Source: Bacteroidota bacterium (GTDB taxonomy: Bacteria > Bacteroidota > Bacteroidia > Chitinophagales > UBA8649). From it: 64,000 nucleotides of DNA. The DNA is taken from the NCBI GenBank assembly GCA_002862745.1, contig PKDX01000049.1, positions 36,810-100,809 on the forward strand. Direction: 5' to 3'. The number at the start of each line of letters is the position of its first letter. Position 1 is the stretch's first letter. The notes under the pieces are model-generated. The model saw nothing but the letters and a program-made list of their open reading frames with translations. It was not told where the DNA came from and did no database searches. The position numbers and the translations under genes were made by a program. Positions 49,208 through 59,087 of the stretch are shown piece by piece.

Positions 49208-49228
49208 AATAGTTTTGTTTTGGATTGA

Positions 49229-49921
49229 TTAGAGTAGATAGTAGGCTAGGAATACGTATACCCATACAAGGTCTACAAAGTGCCAGAATAGCCCCACCTT
49301 TTCTACCATTTCATAACTCCCTCGTCGATCGTATGTGCCATTGATTACTCCTATGAGAAGCCAAATATTAATACATACCCCTACAAATACATGCATCCCG
49401 TGGAAACCTGTAATCGTAAAGAAGAATTGACCGAAGTTTACTGGACCTTCAACACCTTCCATTCCACTAAATGGATTGAAGCTCATACTCATTCCTTGGT
49501 GCATAAGGTGAGTCCATTCTAAATACTGACAATATAAGAAAGCCATTCCCCCTAAGATGGTAGGGACAAGCCACATGATCACCCCTTTTCGGTTCTTCAT
49601 AAATCCTTCCTGCACCGCACGCACCATAGTGACGGAACTTAAGATGAGAATGAAAGTCATTATAGAAACGAAAATCAACGGAGCCCCGCTGTCGGTGATA
49701 CCAGGCACCGATTGAAACACTTCATTGGATGAAGGCCACGTATCCGCCTGACGGAACCGTTGCATAGCATAAGCCACAAGGAAGGCCGCGAAAGTAAAGG
49801 TGTCACTTATAAGAAAGTACCACATCATTATTTTGCCATAACTAATGCCGAATTCCGTCTCTTCATGCGGAATTTCTATATGGGGCTCGAGGTTGGGTGT
49901 TTTGGTAAGTTCGGTAGCCAT
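49229..49921 (-). CDS. cytochrome c oxidase subunit III
   Basis: C-terminal FWHFVDLVWVYVFLAYYLL and HGMHVFVG blocks of subunit III. Start set to MATELTK (ATG at 49921), 5 nt after the upstream stop. Confidence 0.8.
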   Translation of the reverse strand: MATELTKTPNLEPHIEIPHEETEFGISYGKIMMWYFLISDTFTFAAFLVAYAMQRFRQADTWPSSNEVFQSVPGITDSGAPLIFVSIMTFILILSSVTMVRAVQEGFMKNRKGVIMWLVPTILGGMAFLYCQYLEWTHLMHQGMSMSFNPFSGMEGVEGPVNFGQFFFTITGFHGMHVFVGVCINIWLLIGVINGTYDRRGSYEMVEKVGLFWHFVDLVWVYVFLAYYLL

Positions 49922-49926
49922 AGAGC

Positions 49927-50565
49927 TTAGGTATAGTTGAAAAATATAAACAAAAATAAGTATATCCAAAGACCATCAACAAAATGCCAAAACAAGGTTA
50001 GCACTTCAATGGCTAAAACACGTTTTGGATTAATGATATTTCGTAATTCAAACAATTCATCTTTGCGACTACGCCATGCCTTAAACCACACGACAAGGAG
50101 GGCGGAGACCCCACCCAAAAGGTGTAAGGCATGCATGAGCATGATGACGTAAAAGAAGGCTGCAGAGACCACCCTGCGATCCAAACGCATGTCTAGGATT
50201 CCTTTCCAAGTAAACCATTGGACAAGAAAGAATCCAACAGCAGACAACAGGGCAAGAAGCAGGTGATTGCGAAATGATTTAAACTGAGCGCTTTTATAGA
50301 GCTTGGTTGCACGGTGTAGCAAAAAACTATTGAGCACTACAAGAATAGGACTATAGTAAAAGAGAGCAGGTGGCGCAAAAGAGAACCAATCTTGCCCCTT
50401 TTTAAACAGCAGTGCGCTTGTTAGCGCCACAAAAAACATCGTCATGCTGAGCATAGAGATGTACATCGCCAGTTTTTGAGGATGCATCCGAATGGCCACC
50501 TCGCGATTGTCTCCAGAAAAGTTTTCCGAAGTCATTTGATCCTGATAGTTAGTGTTGTCCTTCAT
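49927..50565 (-). CDS. haem-copper oxidase subunit III family protein (second paralogue)
   Basis: 212 aa, about 5 TM helices, HALHLLGG and FWHFVDGLWIYLFLF blocks. Confidence 0.7.
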   Translation of the reverse strand: MKDNTNYQDQMTSENFSGDNREVAIRMHPQKLAMYISMLSMTMFFVALTSALLFKKGQDWFSFAPPALFYYSPILVVLNSFLLHRATKLYKSAQFKSFRNHLLLALLSAVGFFLVQWFTWKGILDMRLDRRVVSAAFFYVIMLMHALHLLGGVSALLVVWFKAWRSRKDELFELRNIINPKRVLAIEVLTLFWHFVDGLWIYLFLFIFFNYT

Positions 50566-50567
50566 AA

Positions 50568-51455
50568 TTACAAAACAACATTTAGGATAAAAAGTGCTAA
50601 TCCAATCGGTAAATAAATGAAAGAGGCAAACATCAGCTTTTTCGCATTAACCGTGTTAGGCTTCATAAAAAGTATCAGCGCAAACAGCGTATAAAACGCT
50701 CCAAGCACAACAAGACCTAAGGTTAGTACCATAGGAAGTAATCCGGTGCTGTAAGCAAACACGGGCAGTGGAATAAGCACCAAAGTATATAACACGATAT
50801 GCATGGCACTAATTCGAGTTCTACCGCTTGCATTCGGTAAAAGCATAATATCAGCGCGCTTGTAGTCCTCAAAAGATACCCAAGCAATTGCCCAGAAGTG
50901 AGGGAATTGCCAAAAGAATTGAATCATAAAAAGCAGGATTCCTATAGGATGCAGCTCTTCTGTTATGGCGATAGCACCAATGAGTGGTGGCAAAGCACCG
51001 GGTATCGCACCCACAAGAACAGCAAGAGAGGATACTCTTTTTAAGGGTGTATACACCAAAGCATATAACAGCAGGGAGAGAAGACCGACAAAGGCAGCTA
51101 AGGCATTAAAAAAGAAATAAAGCCCAAGCCCCCCAATAGACGCTAACAGCCCAACAAAAATGTAAGCCTCCCAAGGTTGACACTGCCCCAAAGGAAGAGG
51201 GCGGTTCCGTGTGCGATGCATAAGCCCATCAATATCCCGCTCAATAATTTGGTTAAACGCATTTGCAGCCATGGTAATGGCCATAGAGCAGAAAACAAAG
51301 ATTACAAGGTTTACTAAAGGATAACCTATAGGCAACAAAACAAAGGCTCCGACAAAACCCGAAAAGACCACCATGGCAGATAGCTTGACCTTTCCTAAGG
51401 CAATAAGTGCTTTAAGTTTAGCCAGCCAGGGTTGATGTAGAGCTATACTGTCCAT
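50568..51455 (-). CDS. ctaB: protohaem IX farnesyltransferase (haem O synthase)
   Basis: UbiA-type motif NQIIERDIDGLMHRTRNRPLP. 295 aa polytopic protein, located within the cox cluster. Confidence 0.9.
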   Translation of the reverse strand: MDSIALHQPWLAKLKALIALGKVKLSAMVVFSGFVGAFVLLPIGYPLVNLVIFVFCSMAITMAANAFNQIIERDIDGLMHRTRNRPLPLGQCQPWEAYIFVGLLASIGGLGLYFFFNALAAFVGLLSLLLYALVYTPLKRVSSLAVLVGAIPGALPPLIGAIAITEELHPIGILLFMIQFFWQFPHFWAIAWVSFEDYKRADIMLLPNASGRTRISAMHIVLYTLVLIPLPVFAYSTGLLPMVLTLGLVVLGAFYTLFALILFMKPNTVNAKKLMFASFIYLPIGLALFILNVVL

Positions 51456-51480
51456 AGGAGCAATTCGCTAACGTACAGGA

Positions 51481-53307
51481 TTAGTGTGCCGCTTCACCTT
51501 CCTTCATCGGAACGTGCTGTCCTACATCACCGTTTTCTGTACTGTAGTCGTAAGCCCATCGGTGAACTGTTGGGATATCACCCTCCCAGTTTCCGTGACC
51601 TGGACGAATTGGTGTTGTCCATTCAAGTGTTGTTGCGCCCCATGGATTCTGTTCTGTAACAGGACGTCCACGGAAGATGCTGTAGAAGAAATTGATCAAA
51701 AACAAAATCTGTGCAGCAAATACAACAAAGGCAGCAATTGTAATGATGGCCTGAAGGTTACCCATGGTATTAAAGGTCTCAAAATTGGTAAAGCTCCAAT
51801 ACCGACGTGGGAAGCCTGTCATAAAGTGCATAGGGAAGAATACGAGGTAAGCTGAAACCATAGTTACCCAGAAATGGATATAGCCTAACGTACGGTTCAT
51901 GTGACGCCCGAACATTTTTGGGAACCAATGATAAACGCCAGCCCACATTCCAAAGAATGCTGCTACACCCATGATGATGTGGAAGTGTGCCACAACAAAA
52001 TAGGTATCATGAAGTTGAACATCCACCGCAGGGTTACCTAGGAAAATACCTGTAACACCCCCTGTAATAAACAGAGAAACAAATCCTATACAGAAAAGCA
52101 TCGGTACTGTAAGTCGCAGGTTGCCGCGCCACAATGTGGTAATCCAGTTGAAGGTCTTTATCGCCGAAGGCACCGCAATAAGCAAGGTAAATATGGCAAA
52201 AACGACACCTAACACAGGACTCATACCCGTTACAAACATGTGGTGTGCCCACACAAAGAAACCGATTACAACAATGGCTAACATGGAGATTAACATTGCC
52301 TTGTATCCAAAAATTGGCTTTCGCGCATGAACAGACATAACATCCGACACAATACCCATTGCTGGGATGATAATAATATATACCTCAGGGTGTCCTAAGA
52401 ACCAGAATAAATGCTGATACAGAATGGGTGACCCTCCTTTGTAGGCTAATAACTCACCGTTGATTACAATGTTATTCAAGAAGAAGGAAGTGTCGAGGAG
52501 ACGATCAAATTCAAGCAATACGGCAGCAGATAAAAGTGCTGGGAAAGCAAGAACTCCTAAAACAGCTGCAAACATCAGTGCCCAAATTACTAGTGGAAGA
52601 CGACTTAAGGTCATACCGCGAGTTCTCAAGTTAATCACCGTTGATATGTAGTTAAGCCCTCCTAATAAACTCGACACGATAAAGAGAGAAATACTTGTCA
52701 GCCATAGATCAAAGCCTAAACCACTTCCCTTGTTGACGGCAATGTCTCGCATACCGTTCAGTGGAGGATAGGCCGTCCAGCCACCCGAAGCAGGTCCTGT
52801 TTCAATAAAGAGCGAACCAAACATCACAAAGGATGCGGCAAAGAAAAACCAATAGGACAGCATATTCATCATGGGTGAAGCCATGTCACGAGCCCCAATT
52901 TGCAATGGTATAAGGAAGTTTGCAAAGGTACCTGATAACCCACCAGTTAATACAAAGAATACTAGCACTGTACCGTGGATCGTAACCAAGGCATAGTAGA
53001 AGTCAGGGCTTAATTGACCGCCTTCAGCCCATCGACCTAAAAGGGTTTCCATGAAAGGAAAAGTTGACTCAGGCCATGCAAGCTGTAGTCTGAAAAGAAG
53101 CGACATAGCCCCTCCAATAAAGGCCCAAAAAATACCCGTGATCAAGAATTGCTTCGAGATCATTTTATGATCCATGCTGAAGATATACTTCGTTAGAAAC
53201 GTCTCTTCATGGTGATGATCATCGTGGTGACCATGGTCATGACCGTGGTCTACTTGACCTTCACGACTTGGGTTAACTACCGTTGGGTTTGCTGTTAAAT
53301 CTGCCAT
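51481..53307 (-). CDS. ctaD: cytochrome c oxidase subunit I (A-type)
   Basis: LFWFLGHPEVYIIIIP, WAHHMFVTG, HDTYFVVAHFH. 608 aa. His-rich N-terminus VDHGHDHGHHDDHHHEE. Confidence 0.95.
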   Translation of the reverse strand: MADLTANPTVVNPSREGQVDHGHDHGHHDDHHHEETFLTKYIFSMDHKMISKQFLITGIFWAFIGGAMSLLFRLQLAWPESTFPFMETLLGRWAEGGQLSPDFYYALVTIHGTVLVFFVLTGGLSGTFANFLIPLQIGARDMASPMMNMLSYWFFFAASFVMFGSLFIETGPASGGWTAYPPLNGMRDIAVNKGSGLGFDLWLTSISLFIVSSLLGGLNYISTVINLRTRGMTLSRLPLVIWALMFAAVLGVLAFPALLSAAVLLEFDRLLDTSFFLNNIVINGELLAYKGGSPILYQHLFWFLGHPEVYIIIIPAMGIVSDVMSVHARKPIFGYKAMLISMLAIVVIGFFVWAHHMFVTGMSPVLGVVFAIFTLLIAVPSAIKTFNWITTLWRGNLRLTVPMLFCIGFVSLFITGGVTGIFLGNPAVDVQLHDTYFVVAHFHIIMGVAAFFGMWAGVYHWFPKMFGRHMNRTLGYIHFWVTMVSAYLVFFPMHFMTGFPRRYWSFTNFETFNTMGNLQAIITIAAFVVFAAQILFLINFFYSIFRGRPVTEQNPWGATTLEWTTPIRPGHGNWEGDIPTVHRWAYDYSTENGDVGQHVPMKEGEAAH

Positions 53308-53317
53308 ATCGTCTTAT

Positions 53318-54514
53318 CTAGTTTTTTGCCATTTCAATGGAAGCTTCGTCCTCTTCTGCTTCTTCTTCTGTAGGATTGTCGACCGCTGCGATCGCCGGCT
53401 CTACCGTAGAAACGTAATAAGGAGTCTGAGCATTTTGCCATGCATAGAACTCATCCATTGTTTCATAAACCTTTACATATTTCTGCATTGCCCAGTGGGA
53501 TGCACCGCACAATTCAGTACAAGCCAACTCAAAATTGAAGGTCTCCCATCGAGGCTGTCCTGTTGCTTCATTGGTTTCTTGCCAATAGGCCTCCTTACTC
53601 AAGACTTCACGGTACTCTTCGGTACTGTAAAGAGGAATAAATTTGATTTGATTTGGCGTTCCTGGGACACAATCCATTTTAATACGGAAGTGAGGGAGAT
53701 AAAAACTATGTAATACATCGAGTGCTCCAACATTCACAATGGCAGGATGCCCTTTAACAAAACGAACAGTGTCATCCACAAAAAGGTCATCATGGCTTGT
53801 AGAATCGTCTTGCCAATCCACTCCCAATTCGTTAGGTAAGGAATAGGTTGCATAGAACTCATTAATGTGCTCATCATCGATTACTCGATTACCCAAGCTA
53901 CCATCTGCACCAGGATAACGTACCTTCCATCCAAATTGGTACCCTGTAACCTCCATGGTTATTGGCATCTTATCCGAGTGGTCCTCACCAAAATATTCCG
54001 TGAAGCTGTTATCCTTAGTGAAGGTCTCATTCCATGCGATAATTCCTGTATAAACAAGGTAAGCCATCGCAATGGCGGGAATCGTCGTCCAGATGATTTC
54101 TAAGGTGTTAGAATGCGAGAAAAAGTATGCCTTTCGGTTTCGCTTGTAACGATACATGAATACAAAGGCAAATAATACAACGTGCGTGATCAAGAAGATG
54201 GACGCTGTAATGTAATAGGTACGCAGGAACATCTTATCCAATTCCTGGCCATGAATTGAATTGGCCAACTTCGGAATCATCCGTGGCAAGTAATGTAAGG
54301 TCCCATAAAAAGAAAGGAATAAGAACCCTACCATGAAGGCCAGGGACAAATACCCATTGATATTACTCACATACTCCATGTCATCGTAGGAATCGCCGCC
54401 GTCTTCCGTGGCATTCGCCTTGCGAATAGACATCGATGTTTCACTGATTTTTCCAATAAAGAAAAAGGCAGTAAAGAGGAGTATTAAAACCGCTAAAATG
54501 ATAAATGCAGACAT
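53318..54514 (-). CDS. ctaC: cytochrome c oxidase subunit II (CuA; no fused cytochrome c domain)
   Basis: CuA site DVLHSFYLPHF ... CTELCGASHWAM. N-terminal TM helices. No CxxCH anywhere in the 398 aa. Confidence 0.9.
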   Translation of the reverse strand: MSAFIILAVLILLFTAFFFIGKISETSMSIRKANATEDGGDSYDDMEYVSNINGYLSLAFMVGFLFLSFYGTLHYLPRMIPKLANSIHGQELDKMFLRTYYITASIFLITHVVLFAFVFMYRYKRNRKAYFFSHSNTLEIIWTTIPAIAMAYLVYTGIIAWNETFTKDNSFTEYFGEDHSDKMPITMEVTGYQFGWKVRYPGADGSLGNRVIDDEHINEFYATYSLPNELGVDWQDDSTSHDDLFVDDTVRFVKGHPAIVNVGALDVLHSFYLPHFRIKMDCVPGTPNQIKFIPLYSTEEYREVLSKEAYWQETNEATGQPRWETFNFELACTELCGASHWAMQKYVKVYETMDEFYAWQNAQTPYYVSTVEPAIAAVDNPTEEEAEEDEASIEMAKN

Positions 54515-54531
54515 AGCTCGCTTTTCAGAAT

Positions 54532-56076
54532 TTAAATATGGTGATGTTTACTTTCTTTAAGAAATGGGTCTTCGACGTTTTCTAAATCTTGACGGTCTAA
54601 AGCCCGAAATGTGACAAAAAGGAAGCTTCCTAGAAAGCCTAAGAAGATAAATAGCTCTACAAACCCTAAACCGGCATGAGTAGTCGCAGGCTCTTCAGCA
54701 TGATGCCCGTCGCCGTGATTGTCACCGTGACCATGGTCTTCTGCATGATGTTCGTCATGCCCCATAGCTTCCTCTGAAGCTTCGCCATGATAGTCTTCGT
54801 GGTCGCCGCCATGAGCCTCGTCGGTATGACCCTCCTCAGCATGACCATCGTCTCCATGGTGAGCATCATCGCCTTGTTCGACCTCAGCTACACTGAGTAA
54901 AGCCACCTCCTCGGAATCATGATCTCCGTTATCAGTATTATGGTCGCCGTGGTGGTCATCGTGATCTTCACCGTGGTGATCGTCGTGGTGTTCCACAACT
55001 GCATTTGGCTCAAGCATGACCATTCCGTAGAAATCGAGGTAATGCCCAAAAACCATCATGACCGCAACAAACCCTAAGACTTTAAACTTTCGCTTGGAAT
55101 CTCTGCGCATTAAGACCAATAACGGCAGAGCGAAATTGATTAAGAAAGTGAAAAAGAAAAGGAACTCAAAGATTGGCTCCGCCATACGCTTTGTATACCA
55201 AACCGTTGCTTCAGGAATGTTTGCATACCAAATCAGTAAGAATTGAGAAAACCACAGATAGGTGTAGAACACGGAAAAACCAAAGAGGTACTTACCGAGG
55301 TCATGCAAGTGATTTTCATCAAGATGAGGATAGCTTCCTTTACTCTTGAGATAAAGCAAGATCAAAATCATAAAGGCAAATCCTGCTACCGTATAGCTCG
55401 CAAAGTTGTACCAGCCAAACAAGGTGGAATACCAATGAGGATCAAGGCTCATAATAAACATCCAGGATAATACCGACATAGATACCGCAAAGACTAGAAT
55501 GAATAAAGCGGACAAGTACTTGGATTGATTGTACTCTTTAAATGACTTAATGAAGGTCATTCGCTTAGTAAATGCAGAAGAAAACAAAGCCCACATCAAG
55601 AAGAATCCCGGTACGATAACTGCGAACATTGTCTTGTTAAGGAAAGGACTCTTGCTCACTACAATTCGGTCAGCCTCTGCCATCCCAGTGTCGGCATAAG
55701 CTACCTCGTGAGGATGAGCCCAATGACCATATAGGTTATGCCAATCAAGTAATAGTCCAGCTGTGATAAGAACAACCAAACCAAAGATGACAAAGAGATA
55801 ACGGCTCATCGCCAATGGAACACGTTTAAAGAGAACATGCCATCCTCCGTAGCCCAACTGGTGAGCTGCTAAGAAGAATAAGCCTGTTATAGCAATTCCC
55901 GCAAAATAGTAGGTGTTTAACAATAGATTAGACCAAAAACGACTGTAATGATTGGCCGACATATCGGGTAGCACAATTGAGAGTACAATACCCAATACTC
56001 CAAGCCCCATACAGATGAAAGCTACTTTCTTCGCTTGCTTGGAATAATTAAAGATTTTTGATTCCTGACTTTCCAT
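54532..56076 (-). CDS. actF: alternative complex III membrane subunit ActF with His/Asp/Glu-rich insertion
   Basis: Polytopic membrane protein in the position of ActF (after actE, before ctaC). Residues about 362-467 form a low-complexity H/D/E/G segment before the last TM helix. Confidence 0.7.
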   Translation of the reverse strand: MESQESKIFNYSKQAKKVAFICMGLGVLGIVLSIVLPDMSANHYSRFWSNLLLNTYYFAGIAITGLFFLAAHQLGYGGWHVLFKRVPLAMSRYLFVIFGLVVLITAGLLLDWHNLYGHWAHPHEVAYADTGMAEADRIVVSKSPFLNKTMFAVIVPGFFLMWALFSSAFTKRMTFIKSFKEYNQSKYLSALFILVFAVSMSVLSWMFIMSLDPHWYSTLFGWYNFASYTVAGFAFMILILLYLKSKGSYPHLDENHLHDLGKYLFGFSVFYTYLWFSQFLLIWYANIPEATVWYTKRMAEPIFEFLFFFTFLINFALPLLVLMRRDSKRKFKVLGFVAVMMVFGHYLDFYGMVMLEPNAVVEHHDDHHGEDHDDHHGDHNTDNGDHDSEEVALLSVAEVEQGDDAHHGDDGHAEEGHTDEAHGGDHEDYHGEASEEAMGHDEHHAEDHGHGDNHGDGHHAEEPATTHAGLGFVELFIFLGFLGSFLFVTFRALDRQDLENVEDPFLKESKHHHI

Positions 56077-56087
56077 AGTTATTCGTC

Positions 56088-56990
56088 TCAGTTCATTGCG
56101 TGGTCGTGTTCCTCATCATGTTCTACCTCCTCAGCATCATGATCATCTTCGTGCTCAACGGCCTCAAGATCTTCTCCTTCGTGACTTTCATTCACAGCAT
56201 CCTCATGAGCTTCAACACTCATAGATTCCATTTCTTCAGCTAATTGGGCTCTTGTTTTTTCATAAAACGCCGCATCAGCTGGAATAAGTGCTTCACCTAA
56301 ATCACGTATGTAGTGAATCACCGCCCATCGTTCTTCAGGCGTTAACCAATTGTGTGCGCCCATTTTCCCTTTTCCGTAGGTAATCGAATGAAAGGCGATA
56401 CCATCTGTGATGTGATTTCCTAAAGAGACCCCTTCACTTTCCATTTCATAAAAAACACTGTAGTAATTAGCTGGCATAGCGCTGTAAGGACCATCTGGAT
56501 TGTAGATCCAACCATTCCCTTCACCTTTTTCACCGTGACACATCGTACAGTTGATCTCATAGACTTCTTCGCCTAATTCAAGTACATCCTCAGTGTATGG
56601 TAAAGGGTTGATGAGATCCCTAGAGTTCTCTCGATTTGCACCCTCGATTTGAGCATATTGGCCATTGGAGGCATACGGGTCATCATAATAGTGCGTATAA
56701 ACGCTTGACCTTCGAATAGCTTCGTTTGAACGGGCCTCGACGCTGCCATCTAGACTCCCCAAAGGAATCGTTCCATGAATGACCTCGCGTGCACTAATAC
56801 TGTCGGTAAAGTCCGTCTCGTCATTTTTTACCGAAGAGAAGGTCTCGTAGGCTGAAGAGTAATCCATATCAGGCATGTAGACATATCCTGGTTCATTGCC
56901 ATTAGGCTTACATGCGGTGACCACTAAAGCCACAATAATCGCGAAAAAAAGTATGTTGTTTTGGTGCTTCATTCTACTTACTTTCTTCAT
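56088..56990 (-). CDS. actE: alternative complex III mono-haem cytochrome c subunit ActE (lipoprotein)
   Basis: Lipobox ...IIVALVVTAC, a single CTMCH haem site with downstream KGKMGAH Met ligand region, and an acidic His-rich C-terminal tail. An alternative start, ATG at 56972 (MKHQNN), gives the same mature protein. Confidence 0.75.
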   Translation of the reverse strand: MKKVSRMKHQNNILFFAIIVALVVTACKPNGNEPGYVYMPDMDYSSAYETFSSVKNDETDFTDSISAREVIHGTIPLGSLDGSVEARSNEAIRRSSVYTHYYDDPYASNGQYAQIEGANRENSRDLINPLPYTEDVLELGEEVYEINCTMCHGEKGEGNGWIYNPDGPYSAMPANYYSVFYEMESEGVSLGNHITDGIAFHSITYGKGKMGAHNWLTPEERWAVIHYIRDLGEALIPADAAFYEKTRAQLAEEMESMSVEAHEDAVNESHEGEDLEAVEHEDDHDAEEVEHDEEHDHAMN

Positions 56991-57558
56991 TTAATCGAAT
57001 CGTTGATGACTCAAATACTTCATCATCATCACTGAACTCCTTTGCCTTAATCTCCGCAACACCGTGTTCAACCAATACATCTCGAATGGCATTTAACTCG
57101 TCTGCAGTGCGTTTTTCATCAATGGCAAAAACCAAAGCAAAACGATCATCTGTAATGCGATCATCATAAATCCTTGGCACACGACCTAAGGCTAATCCAT
57201 TGCGCACGCAGTACACAATCACCATACCTACTGAGGCAAAGAGAATGGTAAGCTCAAAAGTCACGGGTATAAAAGATGGTAGCGCAAATTGTGGCTTTCC
57301 ACCGTAGTTAATCGGATAGTTGTAGGTATTAATCCATGTCATAAAGGTCAACGCAAACAATAGCCCAGTTAAACCAAAAATGAATCCCGCCGTATGCAAT
57401 CGACTATCCTTATACCCCAACTCATGTTCTAAACCATGCACTGGAAAAGGAGTTAAGGCATCGGTTATCTCTAGTTTCTTTTCGCGCAAGGCACGAACGG
57501 CTCCTAGTAGGTTATCCTCGTGGCTAAACAAGCCAATCATAAATCTTTCGCTTGCCAT
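56974..57558 (-). CDS. actD: alternative complex III subunit ActD (DUF3341)
   Basis: GLFSHEDNLLGAVRALREKKLEITDALTPFPVHGLEHELG followed by two TM helices, the DUF3341/ActD pattern. Lies between actC and actE. Confidence 0.75.
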   Translation of the reverse strand: MASERFMIGLFSHEDNLLGAVRALREKKLEITDALTPFPVHGLEHELGYKDSRLHTAGFIFGLTGLLFALTFMTWINTYNYPINYGGKPQFALPSFIPVTFELTILFASVGMVIVYCVRNGLALGRVPRIYDDRITDDRFALVFAIDEKRTADELNAIRDVLVEHGVAEIKAKEFSDDDEVFESSTIRLNEESK

Positions 57559-57561
57559 ACT

Positions 57562-59085
57562 CTATTTTTTTGCGTCTTCTTTGGTTAACAGTAAATCGGC
57601 TGCATTGAAGGAGACGGTTGACTTCCCGCTTACTTGGTCAGTATATTCCGCCTTGGCGTAAGGAATACCAGGTGCACCTTCAAATCGTTCTGCATTTTCA
57701 TTATCCTCAGATACTTGTCGCTTTTTGGCAGCAGCTGAAGATGAAGAGAAAATTGATTTTACCTCAGCGATGGCTATCACAGGAAATGCTCGAGCAAACA
57801 GTAAGAACAGGGTAAAGAAAATTCCCAATGTACCGACGTAGACAGCAACATCCCATATTGTTGGCTTGAAATAAACCCAACTTGAAGGAAGGAAGTCACG
57901 GTGTAGGGAAGTAACAATAATTACAAAACGTTCAAACCACATTCCGATGTTGACGAAAATCGACATCACAAAGGAGATTACAACGCTTCTACGCGCAAAC
58001 TTAAACCAGAAGATTTGCGGAGAAATAACATTACAGCCCATCATGATAAAGTAAGCCCACATGTAAGGACCAAATGCTCTATTGTAGAAGGCAAACTGCT
58101 CATAGAGATAGCCTGAATACCAAGCGGTAAACAACTCCGTGATATAGGCTATACCTACAATAGATCCCGTGAGTACGATGACCTTGTTCATGGACTCGAT
58201 GTGCGCTATCGTAATGTAGTCCTCTAACTTCAATACTTTTCGCGTGATTAACATCAGGGTTTGTACCATAGCAAATCCAGAGAAAATCGCTCCTGCCACG
58301 AAGTATGGCGGAAAGATCGTCGTGTGCCATCCCGGAATAACCGAGGTAGCGAAGTCAAAGGATACAATGGTGTGAACAGAGAGAACAAGAGGTGTCGCTA
58401 ATCCAGCTAAGATTAAAGACAACGACTCGAAACGCTGCCACTGTTTTGCCGTTCCCGTCCATCCGAAACTCAATGCGTTGTAGATATACTTTCGAAGCTT
58501 TCCTTTTGCTCGATCGCGGATGGTTGCAAAATCCGGCATAAGACCCGAATACCAGAACAGTAGGGATACTGTCAAGTAAGTAGAAATTGCGAAAACGTCC
58601 CAAAGTAAGGGCGAGTTAAAATTAACCCACAAAGGACCTCGTGTGTTGGGATAAGGGAAGATGAAGAAGGCTAACCAGATGCGCCCCATGTGAATGCCTG
58701 GAAAAAGGCCCGCACAGATAACCGCAAAGATGGTCATCGCTTCCGCTGCTCGGTTAATTCCGGTACGCCATTTTTGGCGGAATAGTAAAAGGACCGCAGA
58801 GATCAAGGTTCCCGCGTGACCGATTCCTACCCACCATACAAAGTTGGTAATATCCCACGCCCAGTTAACCGTTCGGTTTAGACCCCAAACGCCGACTCCT
58901 TGCCATAATAAGTAGAGAATACCCACCACTCCAAAAGTGGCACAAGCTCCTGCTATACCAAAGGCAATAAACCATGACATAGGAGGACTCTTCTCTGTCG
59001 TACCGACAATATCTGTGGTAATTTGGGAGTAGGACTTATCTCCCGTTATCAGGGGTTCCCGTATGGGTGATTCGTAATTACTCAT
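57562..59085 (-). CDS. actC: alternative complex III quinol-interacting membrane subunit ActC (NrfD/PsrC family)
   Basis: 507 aa with about 10 TM helices of NrfD-like type, immediately after the Fe-S subunit gene (2-nt gap). Confidence 0.85.
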   Translation of the reverse strand: MSNYESPIREPLITGDKSYSQITTDIVGTTEKSPPMSWFIAFGIAGACATFGVVGILYLLWQGVGVWGLNRTVNWAWDITNFVWWVGIGHAGTLISAVLLLFRQKWRTGINRAAEAMTIFAVICAGLFPGIHMGRIWLAFFIFPYPNTRGPLWVNFNSPLLWDVFAISTYLTVSLLFWYSGLMPDFATIRDRAKGKLRKYIYNALSFGWTGTAKQWQRFESLSLILAGLATPLVLSVHTIVSFDFATSVIPGWHTTIFPPYFVAGAIFSGFAMVQTLMLITRKVLKLEDYITIAHIESMNKVIVLTGSIVGIAYITELFTAWYSGYLYEQFAFYNRAFGPYMWAYFIMMGCNVISPQIFWFKFARRSVVISFVMSIFVNIGMWFERFVIIVTSLHRDFLPSSWVYFKPTIWDVAVYVGTLGIFFTLFLLFARAFPVIAIAEVKSIFSSSSAAAKKRQVSEDNENAERFEGAPGIPYAKAEYTDQVSGKSTVSFNAADLLLTKEDAKK

Positions 59086-59087
59086 AT

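Noticed and set aside
51484-51855. 123-aa plus-strand ORF inside ctaD, and similar shadow ORFs (63423-63779 in actA, 41431-41766, 39879-40196, 15807-16136, 6850-7119, 54666-54869)
   Set aside because: All lie fully inside strongly supported genes on the opposite strand or in another frame. They have skewed low-complexity composition and no motifs.
54666-54993. His/Asp codon-rich DNA in actF considered as a tandem DNA repeat or microsatellite
   Set aside because: The units (gat/cat/cac/ggt/gaa combinations) are not exact or phased at the DNA level. The periodicity exists only as amino-acid composition, so it is reported as a protein feature instead.
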